The notes under the pieces were generated by a model. It was not told the origin of the DNA. It worked only from the letters and a program-made list of their open reading frames with translations, and made no database searches. Positions 51,701 to 63,206 of a stretch of DNA of 64,000 bases are shown one piece after another (the first letter of the stretch is position 1; each line of letters begins with the position of its first letter). This stretch comes from Lingula anatina (lineage: Eukaryota > Animalia > Brachiopoda), in assembly GCA_051362555.1 (NCBI GenBank), contig CM120648.1, positions 7,808,587 through 7,872,586 on the forward strand, given 5' to 3'. A program made the position numbers and the translations under genes.

Positions 51701-52525
51701 TAATGATATGTGCTGCTTTAGGAACAGCATTTGTTTTCAAGAGGGCTCATATGCCATAAAAAAAGGCTTGCAATACAAACTACTAAATCATGAACAGTAT
51801 TTATGAGAAGAGTCAACTAAACTGCGTCTTCAATAAAATAAAATTTAAAAAAGAGGCGGATCAGAAAAACTGAAAAATAAAAACTTTTTTCTCATCATAC
51901 ACGCTGCATAATTGATATTTTATCTTCAACTAGTTTGTTTCACTGATAACCTTCTATTGTACTTAGATACACGAATGAAACGTGTAAAATACCAACATAA
52001 CTTCTGTGATGTAAAAATGATCCAAATCATTTACTAGCGAAAGAATATGATATAAGAAACGCCAACGGAAGTGAAGTATTGGCTATGCATATGCAGTTAC
52101 ATGTAGAGTCAATTTCAAAGACATTTTATTGTCTTGTTATATATTAGTTTTATATTTTAGTTCTAACGTGGAATGACGGTCGGGATTTAATCCTCCAGGG
52201 AGACGTCCAGTATGAAAACACCGAAAAGTGCCTAAGAGTGAAGCGAGAGGGGCACTTTCTCGTGTACAGCCAGCTGTGTCTATTCGTCCCCAGTACTAAT
52301 TCAGCTGTGCATTTTACTCAATCAATCCAGAGAAGAATTTCAACCGGCTGGCACCGCGTGCTTTATAAGAAACTGAGTGTGCAACGAGGCCATACTGATT
52401 GCACCTATGTGTCAGGAATAGTGCACCTCTACGAAAAAGACTGCGTCAAAGTTGATTTTTCAGATGAAGAGTTTATCATTAACAACCCTCAGTACAATTC
52501 GTTTGGTTTGTACATGCTGGCATGA
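48710..52525 (+). CDS. TNF superfamily ligand, paralog B: type II membrane protein, 377 aa, 5 exons
   Basis: Exons 48710-49201, 49810-49885, 50458-50562, 51282-51377, 52161-52525 (1134 nt, phases 0,1,1,1, all GT-AG). Cytoplasmic tail, TM YLMVIFAMCCLQMIAIVVLGAAI after RRWR, helical stalk, C-terminal TNF homology domain (LRVKREGHFLVYSQL..YVSGIVHL..NSFGLYML). Confidence 0.93.
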
Positions 52526-53504
52526 ACACGTCGTTTTCAATGCCTGTGAGGCCTTTATTTTTATTAGTAACGATGTAAATACAGTAAGTGATTCCCGGGG
52601 ACTTCGCTGTGTTTCATTGTCAACAAATGAGAAAAGCATTGACTTCTTGTGCTTGTTCCCCAGTATGACAGTTAAAGAAAGATGACAATTTAATAAGTGC
52701 CCATTTTTTTTAACCTAATATTAAATTTTACGAATCCATATAGACCCAGAGATTCAAACTGAATTCATTATGCCCCCATGTAGAAATATGTCTCGTATTG
52801 GTTAGATACAGCACCTTATTGTTTATAGTATACATGCACCTGTGTTTTACTGTCTTCCAATACAAATGTAATAGCATTCGCTTTTGCGTGACCTCAGGCC
52901 ACAAATTGGTCAGTAACCTTAGCTTGTTCAAGAATTGTTTTTCATAAAAACTGTACATTGCTACCAGTACAAATTGCCTTGCTTTAAATTAATCTTCAGT
53001 ACATTGAAAATATTTTAATTGTTAAAAATCATTTTCTGTTTTATTTGTTATGTTTTCCTATTGATAAAAAGGAGATGTGCATCGCCAATAATATGTACTA
53101 TGTATGCTGTATCAATAAAACGCAGATTATTGAGTGTCAATTCTTAAAAAACTGTCGGTTGCGCACCTGATTGCTTTTATATCCTTTACCCGCCAAACAA
53201 AAAATAAACAATTATGAACTTTTAACAATAATAAACATAACATAACATAATAAAAAAATAATTAACAATTAACAAAGCTAAACGATCATCCTCTTCAATA
53301 AGTGTCATTTCTCAACGAACTTGTTAAAAAGAAAAATTGCCGTGGGTCACATACGGTAGCCCTGCTCAACATGTACCAGTACAGCCTCTACTTTTCATAG
53401 CATGATCATAGTATAGCCCAAATATTTATATGTATTAACATTGTTATATGTATATTTGTGTTTCGATTTTTTCTCTTCTTATTCCTACAGTTCCTCAGTG
53501 CATA

Positions 53505-53902
53505 CCGGTGTAACGTGAAAGAGACTCCCCCAAGATAGAGTCCGCTTCCCATTCATAACCTCCGCCAAGGAGGTTATGTTTTCACCCCTGTTTGTTTGTT
53601 TGTTTGTTTGTCTGTCTGTCTGTCATCAACATAACTCAAAAAGTAATGGACCGATTTTGATGAAATTTACAGGAAATTTGTCAGAAGTGGGCCAAGGAGC
53701 AGATGATTAGTTTTTGGTGGTGATCCGCATCAATAATCAATCAATAAACAATAATAATCAAAAATTGATGCCTTGGCGGAGGTCTGCGCTCTCGGAGTGC
53801 TTTTCTAATTTGTATAGGTGAGCCTCGCCCTAGATTTTGAAACACTTAGGTCAAATGGAGGGCTGACTTTCAGTTACACGGACCCTCAATTTCGTTACAC
53901 CG
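53505..53902. mobile_element. CCGGTGTAAC...GTTACACCG MITE interrupted by a Helentron-like element; uninterrupted copy at 63621-63793
   Basis: Shared termini and internal gcttcccattcat...gccctagatttt. The insertion is absent from the 63.6 kb copy. Confidence 0.75.
53557..53808 (+). mobile_element. DINE-1/Helentron-like non-autonomous element (related copy at about 60878-61175)
   Basis: Subterminal IR CCTCCGCCAAGG / CCTTGGCGGAGG, (GTTT)(GTCT) microsatellite, 3' stem-loop then ttttcta. Inserted in a T-run with no TSD. Confidence 0.75.
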
Positions 53903-55363
53903 AGCACAGTCATACGTCTGCTATCATTTGTACTTACATAACAGTTATGAGCAGCTATTGCAGTATAAGCAGTCGCGCAGTTCCAATCTTGTCTACCATT
54001 TGTACAATGATTCGGTAATACAATATAGTGATCGAAATTTGACCGAGATTCAAAAGTTCAACACACACATTCAACGATAAGATAGAAAGAAAGGTGATTC
54101 ATAATAATTCGTTATTTCCTCTGCTTCTCTGCTTAATCTATGACAGCGTTATCACAGTCAACTAAATATATGATATCATGGGAAGATATTGAGCGAATTA
54201 AAGGAGTGAGAACCGCTTCCCCGTTCAAAATAAATGGCCAACTCGGCTCTAGGCCCGGGAGAGGGGAAGGGGAGTTACGCAAAAAAGCATATATGTTTTT
54301 CTCTTAATGACCATAGTCAGAATTCAGTGCCGTATACGGTAATGGACTCTCTACCAAAGACGACAGGAATATTTGTTGGATCTACTGAAATAAATGATGT
54401 CGACTGGAGAAGCATTGCACCAATCGCCCCTGCACGTAGTTCGATGCTTATTATCATTTTAATTCGATAATTAAGTACTTCATTTTTCCTGCACATGTAG
54501 CTTTCGACCGCCTTGTTGAAAATATCGACATCGGGTATTTATTTCAGGAGATTCATTGTTTTTTAAGGTCTGGATTGATAAATAAAAGTAGCTATGGTTT
54601 TAAGGCATGTCAAACGCGAAAAGCATCCCTTAATTTACCTTAACACAAATATTTTCTCATAATCAACAAAGTATAGCGGCCTACTCTACCCTGTATCATG
54701 TACTCTACCCTATATATGACAGTCAATGTTCAACACACACACTTAATGATAAGATAGCCAGAAAGGTGATTCATGATTATTGGTAATCAGCTCTGCGTCT
54801 CTGCGTAATTCAAGTTTAATAGCATTGTACAGAAAACCGTGATTGTTGCATCATTGTAACAGAAATAGCTGTACATGGTATCATCAACATCAAAGGTTCA
54901 CTTCTCTTCATAAACTACAGCACTGCGAGCGCGCGCGCGCGTGTATTCGTGGTGGTGAAGAAGTACCCGGATTCTAATACCTGAATGTAAATTTACTCAA
55001 TCTCATTTTCATAATATTCCGACTGCGCCCACATGGTGAATGCTTGCACATATGTCTCATTTGTTTCCAAGAACCAATGATATGTTCATTATCGATGAAT
55101 CATTATCATTATGGTTCCTGGAAACTAAATTAGTCATATAGCCGATTGCTGTGACATTCCCGCTGGATGTGGCATATTTTGATTGGTTCCTCTAATCTCG
55201 ATTATCGGGGTTCTTTATCTTACCTTCTGGACTGTTAACGTGCTCATATTAATAGGTCTAGAATGCATGTGATAACTTGGGAGTGCTTACAATCGCAAAT
55301 TAGGAGCGGCACCTGCCTGCCTTGTTACTTGCTCATGATAAAAATGGCATGATCGCCGACACA

Positions 55364-55441
55364 GGGAAAATTCAAACAATGGACTGCAGACGCGCCTGCG
55401 ACCTGATTTATTTTTAACCGGTGACGTAAGGGAATTTTTCC
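55364..55441 (+). promoter_or_regulatory. kB-like and CRE-like motif cluster upstream of the RING-IRG gene
   Basis: GGGAAAATTC (55364), TGACGTAA (55422), GGGAATTTTTCC (55430). Motif match only. Confidence 0.35.
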
Positions 55442-55627
55442 TGTGCACACACCCAATCTTCTCAGGCACATATGTTGGGTACATACGACAAGAGGCATGT
55501 TTACAAACAGGAACTTTTGGACGGAAAATTGGTGTGAACTTTAACTGGAAGGTCAATAATCTAATCATTTTTCATGCTCAAGATAAAACGGCAGAAGTCT
55601 ATAGTTAAATGAAATATGCCGCCCGTT

Positions 55628-55631
<4 letters not shown>

Positions 55632-55671
<40 letters not shown>
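55632..55671 (+). repeat. Poly(A) tract, 40 nt
   Basis: Uninterrupted A run. Confidence 0.9.
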
Positions 55672-55675
<4 letters not shown>

Positions 55676-56641
55676 AGCTGTTGCCTTTGAGCTTCCCTTT
55701 CTGTGGCTTGATTCAATAGTCACATATCGCGGCACATGCCTGTCTGAATTAGGCGGACCATCGATCGGTCCGTAGGCCTATAGTTCTTTGTGAAACCGAC
55801 GCCTCCGGTTTTATCTTTGCTGTGTTAGTCACATGCCATGTTTGGTTTGAAGGTGAGCGTTATCATCACTTTACCTTTACACACATGCATATCTGCCCAT
55901 ATAGGCCCTATATATATATAAATATAAACGTGCATTTATATGTGCTATAGGCTACAGTTTAAAGGGAGGGCTAGGCAACGGAGAACATCCAGTGGAAATA
56001 GGCCTACAGTGAATCCGAGTTGGGAGCACTAGAGAGAGTCGTGGTACGGATAAAATTTGTATAACGACTGTAAGATTTCTTAGGTCTATTTTCGACTTGC
56101 TTTTTTAATACTTTAGACGTACTCGTCCTTCAAGAACCCACGCCTTATAAGAAATCGTCAAAAACCGGAAGTAGGCCTACATATGTTTTTTTTTTTTTTT
56201 CTCTATACCTTCCCAGCATGCTTTGTGTAAACATCCTGCGTTGTCTACCTACGTAAATTGACTAGGAAGATTTGGGAACAGAGGCCATGGAGAATCGTGC
56301 ATAGAAAATTTACGATTTGGCAATAACTGACATTAGGCCTATATTTTTTAACAGTAGAACTCTGGACAGGCCATCACAAAGGGAGGGAAGGGCAACGGAA
56401 AAAAATCCAGTGGACATCGAGTGAAACTGAGGTGGATGAACTGGCGAGAGTCGCAGTGCTTAAACACTTTGACAAAATTCTCAGGTCTTTTGCGACTTGT
56501 CATTTTTAATATTATGTACGTAGACTGATTAAGAGGATTTGTGAAAAGAGGCAGAAGCGTGTATGAAATAATTATAAGGTTTGATAATAACTGACATTAT
56601 ATTTTATTACAGTAGGCCAAAAACTCTGGACAGGCCTAAGG

Positions 56642-59600
56642 ATGGTGGATAGATCGTCAAGTCCACCCAGCGCTTCTGTCAGTATCCTTCAATGTCCTCG
56701 ATGCATGAACACATATGATTTGGTGGCACGAGCTCCTAAGCGACTGAGGACTTGCAGACACACTTTCTGTCTCTCGTGCATTAAGCAGAACCATGGGGGC
56801 AATCCGGCTTTGGAACAATCGTGTGGCTTCTGTGATGGCATAGTACAGGGTGACGTGGGGAATACAGAACAGCCAAATAATGAGGCGGTCATCGCGGACC
56901 AAAATCGTGAAATCACGTGTCCATTATGTCACACAAAGACGCCGTGTCGTAACTCCATGTCAGCATTTCAAGATAACCCGTATGTTCAACGAATTCTGTC
57001 GTCGCGGTCACCAACTATTGATTCTTCGGAAATGTCATGTGAGATGTGTGATGCCATGGGGACCGTAAGGGTCCTCTGTCGCACCTGTACACTGTTTTTG
57101 TGTTAGGACTGCCGAGAGAGCCACGTGACGTCACCATTACAGCATGACGACCTCCACGATATATCCCAGTTATCTGGTAATTACGGGGACGGAGTTCCAG
57201 GTGAGTTATGCTACTAGTCAGTGAGGAATGTAACTTTTAAACGACGTTCAATGCCTTTTGATAAAACGGTTGAAAAGTGACAAAATATTTTCGATGAATT
57301 GTCAATATTAAATTTCAATGGTCTTAAAACCATTTTGCGGTTGTACGTGTATGAGTAGGCCCCTAGACCTTTCTTACATGTAACAACCTTGGGATCGAAT
57401 AGCTGCCATTGAGAATGTCGGAATAACCGAACTAAATGCTTGTAATTGGCTTAATTAAGGCATGCGAAACAATTAGACAAGCAAATTTCGCCTCGCAGTC
57501 TTATAGGCCTATATATATTTTTTTCTAAGACACTGCAAATTCTGTACCACTTTTTTATATTTCAAATGACTTAAACACTCCAGGTCTGATTGGTCAAGCC
57601 AGGATAATGTTCCCGAAGGTCCGCTTCTCAGTTGAAGAGCTTAGCCGTCATAAGGAACAGTACATTAGCTCCGACTTCGGCATCGTTGAACTGATTAGAG
57701 ACGTGAGTGACTTTTTTAAGCGAACTGAAAAGAGACTGGTAAACATCGGGGTTGTCGGAGCGACCGGAACGGGAAAGTCGGCTCTGGTGAACGCGCTCCG
57801 AGGCATTGAGATGGATACAGAGGAGGAATACACCCAAGGTGGTCTCATGGTTGCCAGGGTGGGGGACACGGCTTCGAGTGGCTCCGTCTTCCCCACGCCA
57901 TATATGTTACCAAAAGTGAAAGGGTCGTATCTCTGGGATATCCCAGGCTATGGTATGCCCCGCCCTATAAAGGTGTTTCAGCAAATGAATGATGCCGCAG
58001 CTACATCTGGCTCCTCTGTTCAAAGCGACGCTTCGTCTGCCAGTGAGACGCAAGGAGAAGCCAGTTACAATTACGTATCACACCTGGACTGCGTATTACT
58101 GGTGATATCCGAGAGAATACAAGAAACTGACCTCAGCTTACTGCGGTTACTGAAAGAGCACAATTTCCCCAAGAACAGAATCTTCATAGTGCGGAGCAAG
58201 ATTGACAATGCTAAAAAGATCAAACGACTTAACAATTCAGGGGATCATCCGAACCTGCGCCACACCACTCGCGTTTATTTGGACGAGATTCGAAGTGATG
58301 TACACAAGGAGATTGAAATTGTAGCACGTGCCATGGACTCGGAGTTTCTGGACTGGGTTTCAGATTTTTTGAACGCGGGACGGTATTTTCTTGTCTCGAG
58401 TTACGAGATCTCGCGGTATGATATGATGGCGCTCCAGACGGCGATGTCATCAGCGGCAAGGCAAGCCTGCCAAGAGGCTTTAGATTCAGTCGTGCAAAGG
58501 GAAGGGGTCACTCAGATATCAGCCCTGTTCGAGACAGTTTTGCAGAAGAAGAGAGAGAGGTTGGAGAGGCGCATCTTGTCTCATGTTCGAAATGCAGCCA
58601 TTGCGTCGGTGCTTCCGTTGGGAAACATGGTTGTGCAGTCAAGTGAGTTTCTAACCCTTAATCGAGGAAACCAATAAATTGTAGGATGTGGAAATTAACG
58701 TTAAATCTATTGTTTAAGATGCAGAAGTATTGTACATTAATTCACGCACAAAAACAGATTCGCATTATGGGTGTATTTGACTGATGCGGGTTTTTGTGCA
58801 TATGTAACATTTTTTAAAACGGTACTCTCCCTGGGTCTGAAAATCCCCCACAGTAATATTTATATCCTGCAAAGTTTTCTGAAGCGAACGTAGTGTCTTA
58901 ATATAATCCAAATGCACGAACAGGCAGAGCAATGATTTGTATCTCTAGGCAGGGTAGGAGAAAATTACCCATTTCCCTTGAAAATTATCTTTTTCGGTTA
59001 AATCCTGTGAGAGAAAATTGAAAGGATTATATATATATATGTCTTCACCTTTATCCTCATACAAATTATTGTGAAATTAGATAAATATGATAAGTTGGAA
59101 GATAAAAATTGCTTTTGTATAAATTTCTGTTTTACTCTATCTAGATCTGTACCTTTAGATTGTCAAATGTTTGACTGCACATACTCTACTACCACAAAAT
59201 TTGCCCTTTATTACTCAAGCTATTTCATAATTGTAAAATGCTTTTGCAGGCTGGTACAACTTTTTGTCGGCTTGTGAGCGACATTTTGGGGTCTTAAGCA
59301 AGGGGCTGGCAGAGCTGAGCAATATGTGTCAACTACCAAGAGAAGAGCTGCTCGACTTGCTTGGAGGCAATACCGAACCAATAGATGGCGCGACAAGCGA
59401 ATCCTTTAATTCGACCCTGTACTCGGACCTGCCGCGCCAACCAAATTCAAGGCAACAAGATGATCTCATCATAGACAGAGCTTTTCAAGAGGCGGTGGGA
59501 GCCACCACTCACAGCCTCCTCAACGTCGTATTCGGTACGTACCCGGTGATCAATCTGCCAGTCAACGTCGGGCAGACCTATACACTTCTCCATAACACCC

Positions 59601-59728
59601 TAAGACTAGTGTTCACCGCCGGTCATAACGCTTTGGATAAAGCGCTGCAAGTGCGTGTAGCTAAACTGCGAGAGAGGTACAGAAATATGGATCCTTCAGG
59701 ACATGTTGATCGTTCTGTTATTGATTAA
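56642..59728 (+). CDS. RING-HC + B-box fused to an immunity-related (IRG/IIGP-like) GTPase; one in-frame TAG at 57104-57106 (null allele, pseudogene or sequence error)
   Basis: Exons 56642-57200, 57584-58642, 59250-59728 (phase 1,1; 2097 nt). RING CPRC..CRHTFCLSC..CPLC..NPYVQRIL; B-box CEMC..CRTCTLFLC*DCRESH..H; IRG motifs GATGTGKSALVNALRG, LWDIPGYG, FIVRSKID, FLVSSYEISRYD, KKRERLERRI. Confidence 0.85.
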
Positions 59729-61423
59729 GCAGTGACTCGTTAAATGTACACTCCATGAGTTTAAAGAAAATCCCCTAAAAGTTTATTTTTGCCACGGCTG
59801 ATGCAACCTTGCATACGCCTTTAACCCCTTAAATATTTTTTCTGGGGTTACCTGATGTTTATATTTTTTTCATCGGAATCTAGGAAACGGTCGCTGTTAT
59901 ATAATGATTGGCCGGTCCCGTTAAACAAATCAACAATCAAACTTTATAAAACTGATTAAAGGTCTAATCCAAGTGTAGAGAGGAATGGCTAAATGATCCG
60001 TGAGTACGAGAAAACTGCTTATTTCCCGGGAAAATCAATAACACTTAATAAAGATCGCCAAAAGTTCTCTTTTTATTTCAAAAAGATATGTGCACGTCCA
60101 AAAATCCACGGCTCTAATTTCAGTATTATTACAATACGTAACAGGTAATGTGAACCATATCTTTGTTAAATTGATCTATTGTATAGAGAGTATAAAATTG
60201 GAAAGATATTCAATTATTTGCATCCAGAATTATTTCTTCAAAAATGGTTTATTTATTAGCACAGAATAGCATAAGATGTACATATCAATACTTTCATTAA
60301 TGGTCTGATTCATTCAGTAAAGTGGTGTCACACAAAACTATTATTATTATCGCTAAATTATTATTATTATTTTTATTTAACTTGCAACCTGAGATTTGCA
60401 TCATAGTTAAATAAAGTTACTAATGAATAAAAATAGAATGTTAGAAAACACATTAAACAAATTTAAAATAAAAGAATTTAAACATAAGGTCAAAGAAGAA
60501 ATAAAACGTCTATCAGTCATTTTTGAAACTTAATTGTATATCGCCCAGGTTAAAAAGTCACTCGTTGATCGTATGGTTTTAATTTTAGGCCTTCTGAATG
60601 TCTTGGTTCCCGCGATGAATATTTGACATTTCGAAATGACAAAATAAATCTAAATCTGGGCTTACAAAGTCACAAACCCAACTGTCAAGGAAGACTAAGA
60701 TTCTCTCCGAGCCTTCCAGCAGACGCAGAGTCACCTGACTCCTCACGTGACCAACCCTCTTCAGGTTATTAACACTCGATTTCCTGTTGAAGATCGGTGA
60801 TACCCATCGCATCGTCGGATCATTGCAATTTATTTTCTCATCTAAATCTTGTGTGATAACTTGTTTGCTTATTTTAAGTAGCCGACGCCAAGTGACTTAC
60901 GTCTTCACCCAGTTTGTCTGTACGTCTGTCACGAGCTTAAATTACAAAGTTATGGATAAATTTTGATGAAGTTTGGGCTTATTTAAAATTATTAGACTTT
61001 GGTGTTGATGGTGATCTGGGCCCAAGAATTTCTAAACGATCCTGCACCATTCAGACCGTTGCGAGATAAGGCTAAAGACAGTGAACTTTAGCGATCAATG
61101 TCTTCTCAACTATCACTGTTTATCACTGCAGGGCCCTTGGCAGAGGTCTGCACTTCCTTGAGAGTTTTTCTAGTTTACTTTATTCATAATGATCGTATTT
61201 GTCCAGCTGTGCGTTGATTATATCACAGATAATCTGACAAAGAAACGAATTCATCGTGAGCCCGGCGGTCTTAGTATTTTCTTGTCCACGAGACACGTGC
61301 CACGGAGAGTTCATTTCAATACTTCCCTAAATTTCCCGTTCATGATAGCCCCCTATTTCTTCATACGACCTAAGATCTAATATTCCGTTTATTAGATCTT
61401 AGATACGACGTAGATAATATGCG

Positions 61424-63206
61424 TCACTGCGGTTTACGTATATGTCTCAGTATTAAATAAGCAATGTACCGCAGCACTACTCCAGAGCAAAAGATGACGG
61501 TGACGTAGAGCCATAGCGGCCACGTTATTCCCATCTGTTCCAGAACTGATTCCGATTTCAAGTACATGGTTTCATTTCCGTACAATATCAGTGCTGGGTC
61601 TCGCTTGCAGTCTGGGTATGCCGTGGTCCCGTTCATAGAACACCTGTTTGGAATACGAAATAACATCCAGTAGTATCAAACGATCGAATCGGGCATCAAT
61701 GTAATATGCATATTAACTCTTCCGTAGAGGATGACATACTGTTGATGAAAATTTAAAATTGGCTAACTTTCAGAATGGTTATACAGTGGTAAATGGTAAA
61801 AAAGTGTAACATTTGCCTTTAAGATGTGGCCAAAAAAGTTGTATCTGAACTCACCTAAAAGGTGGCGCCTCTGTAAATTCTAGGATAACCCCAATGTGAT
61901 AGGAATAGTAAATAAACGACAAATACTTTATCCAGTCCAACCAGAAAGGGGTGTTGGTCGTTAAAAAGCCTCCTTAAAATAAACGGCAAAAAATTATGTT
62001 TAGGGGATTGCAATTTGGTTCAAATTTGATGAGACTGCATTCATTGCAACATGTCTTTCAATACTAATAACGAATAATGATAAAATCCTAAGTTAACTGA
62101 ATATGACAATTCAGTTGTACGATATGTTTAAAATCCTTCATTTAATAGTGAATTATTTCAGGTATCGTGAAATAATCAAAATCAACTTCTTTTATCTGTG
62201 GTGGAGATTTATACATGTATGTGGGGAAGCGTAATTATCAATACATAAGCTTCTAGACATTAATTGTGTCGACATCGTAATGGTTGGACAGGCAAATACT
62301 GTAGTTTTTCCAAAAGAATCGACGTCAAATATAATTCTTTTTACCTGCTAGCATACTTGTTAAAATGAATATCTTCGATACTGATATACACAGCTTCACA
62401 TCCATTACTGCTACCCCAATGACAAAGCCAGCAGCCTGAAAGACAATAACATCGGGATTATCAATAAAAAAGTGTTGTAAATCTGACAGTGCTTCAAATA
62501 CCATTATTATTAATGCCGAAAGATGCCCCGAATTAGATAGGTGTCAACACAGGACGGATCCAGAATTTTTTAAAGGGAGGTCCAGTTTTTAGGAATGACA
62601 GGCTGCGGATGCGAAGCGGAGCCGCTCCCCCTTCCCATGGCGTCGGGTTCCGGAAAATGTTGGTATTTTAGAAGGGGAATGGGGCCATTTGGTACGGTTT
62701 AGAACTATGATTCAGCTAGTCAAACTTCTAATTTCAAGAGGGGCTTTAGGTGTGATTTTTTTCAGAAATAAAAGGGGGGTGGGTCAGGAGACCCCTTACC
62801 AAATATGGCCCACCCGCTTGAATGCTTGCGGGAAATCTATTCAGTGTCCACTCGGAAATTAAGCGGCAAGCTTTTTAGTGAGTAGTTCTTAATTGCTGTT
62901 CTCTCTAAGCGGAAGGAAACCTCATAAGGGGAATTCAAACACTAACTCAAAGAACTATAAAATACGTTATTTTGTGACGTCACGAAAGTATCTGAGCGAA
63001 CAGTGACGTCAGCATGACAGTAGCCCAAAACCCAATATATGCCCAGAAGCCGTTGAGTCCCGCCAGCCAGAACACGATCAACACAAAACCAGAGGGCAGC
63101 AGGAGCGTAAGCGGCAGTTCGCTTGTCATTTTCGCCAGGTAGTAGGCAGAGAGACGATATGCACCGGATGACCTCTCCTTGTCGATGACGGTGCGTTCTT
63201 CAGGGA
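61424..63206 (-). CDS. ABCG-family half transporter, last four exons (ABC2 membrane domain); 5' part lies right of the window
   Basis: Exons 63206-62992 (PEERTVIDKERSSGAYRLSAYYLAKMTSELPL), 62435-62345 (AAGFVIGVAVMDVK..MLA), 61972-61855 (GGFLTTNTPFWLDWIKYLSFIYYSY..EF), 61643-61424 (..LRYIAYLILR..*). Confidence 0.92.

Noticed and set aside
54056-54810. Dispersed direct repeat of about 80 bp (54056 and 54728)
   Set aside because: No coding, TIR or LTR signature; function unsupported.
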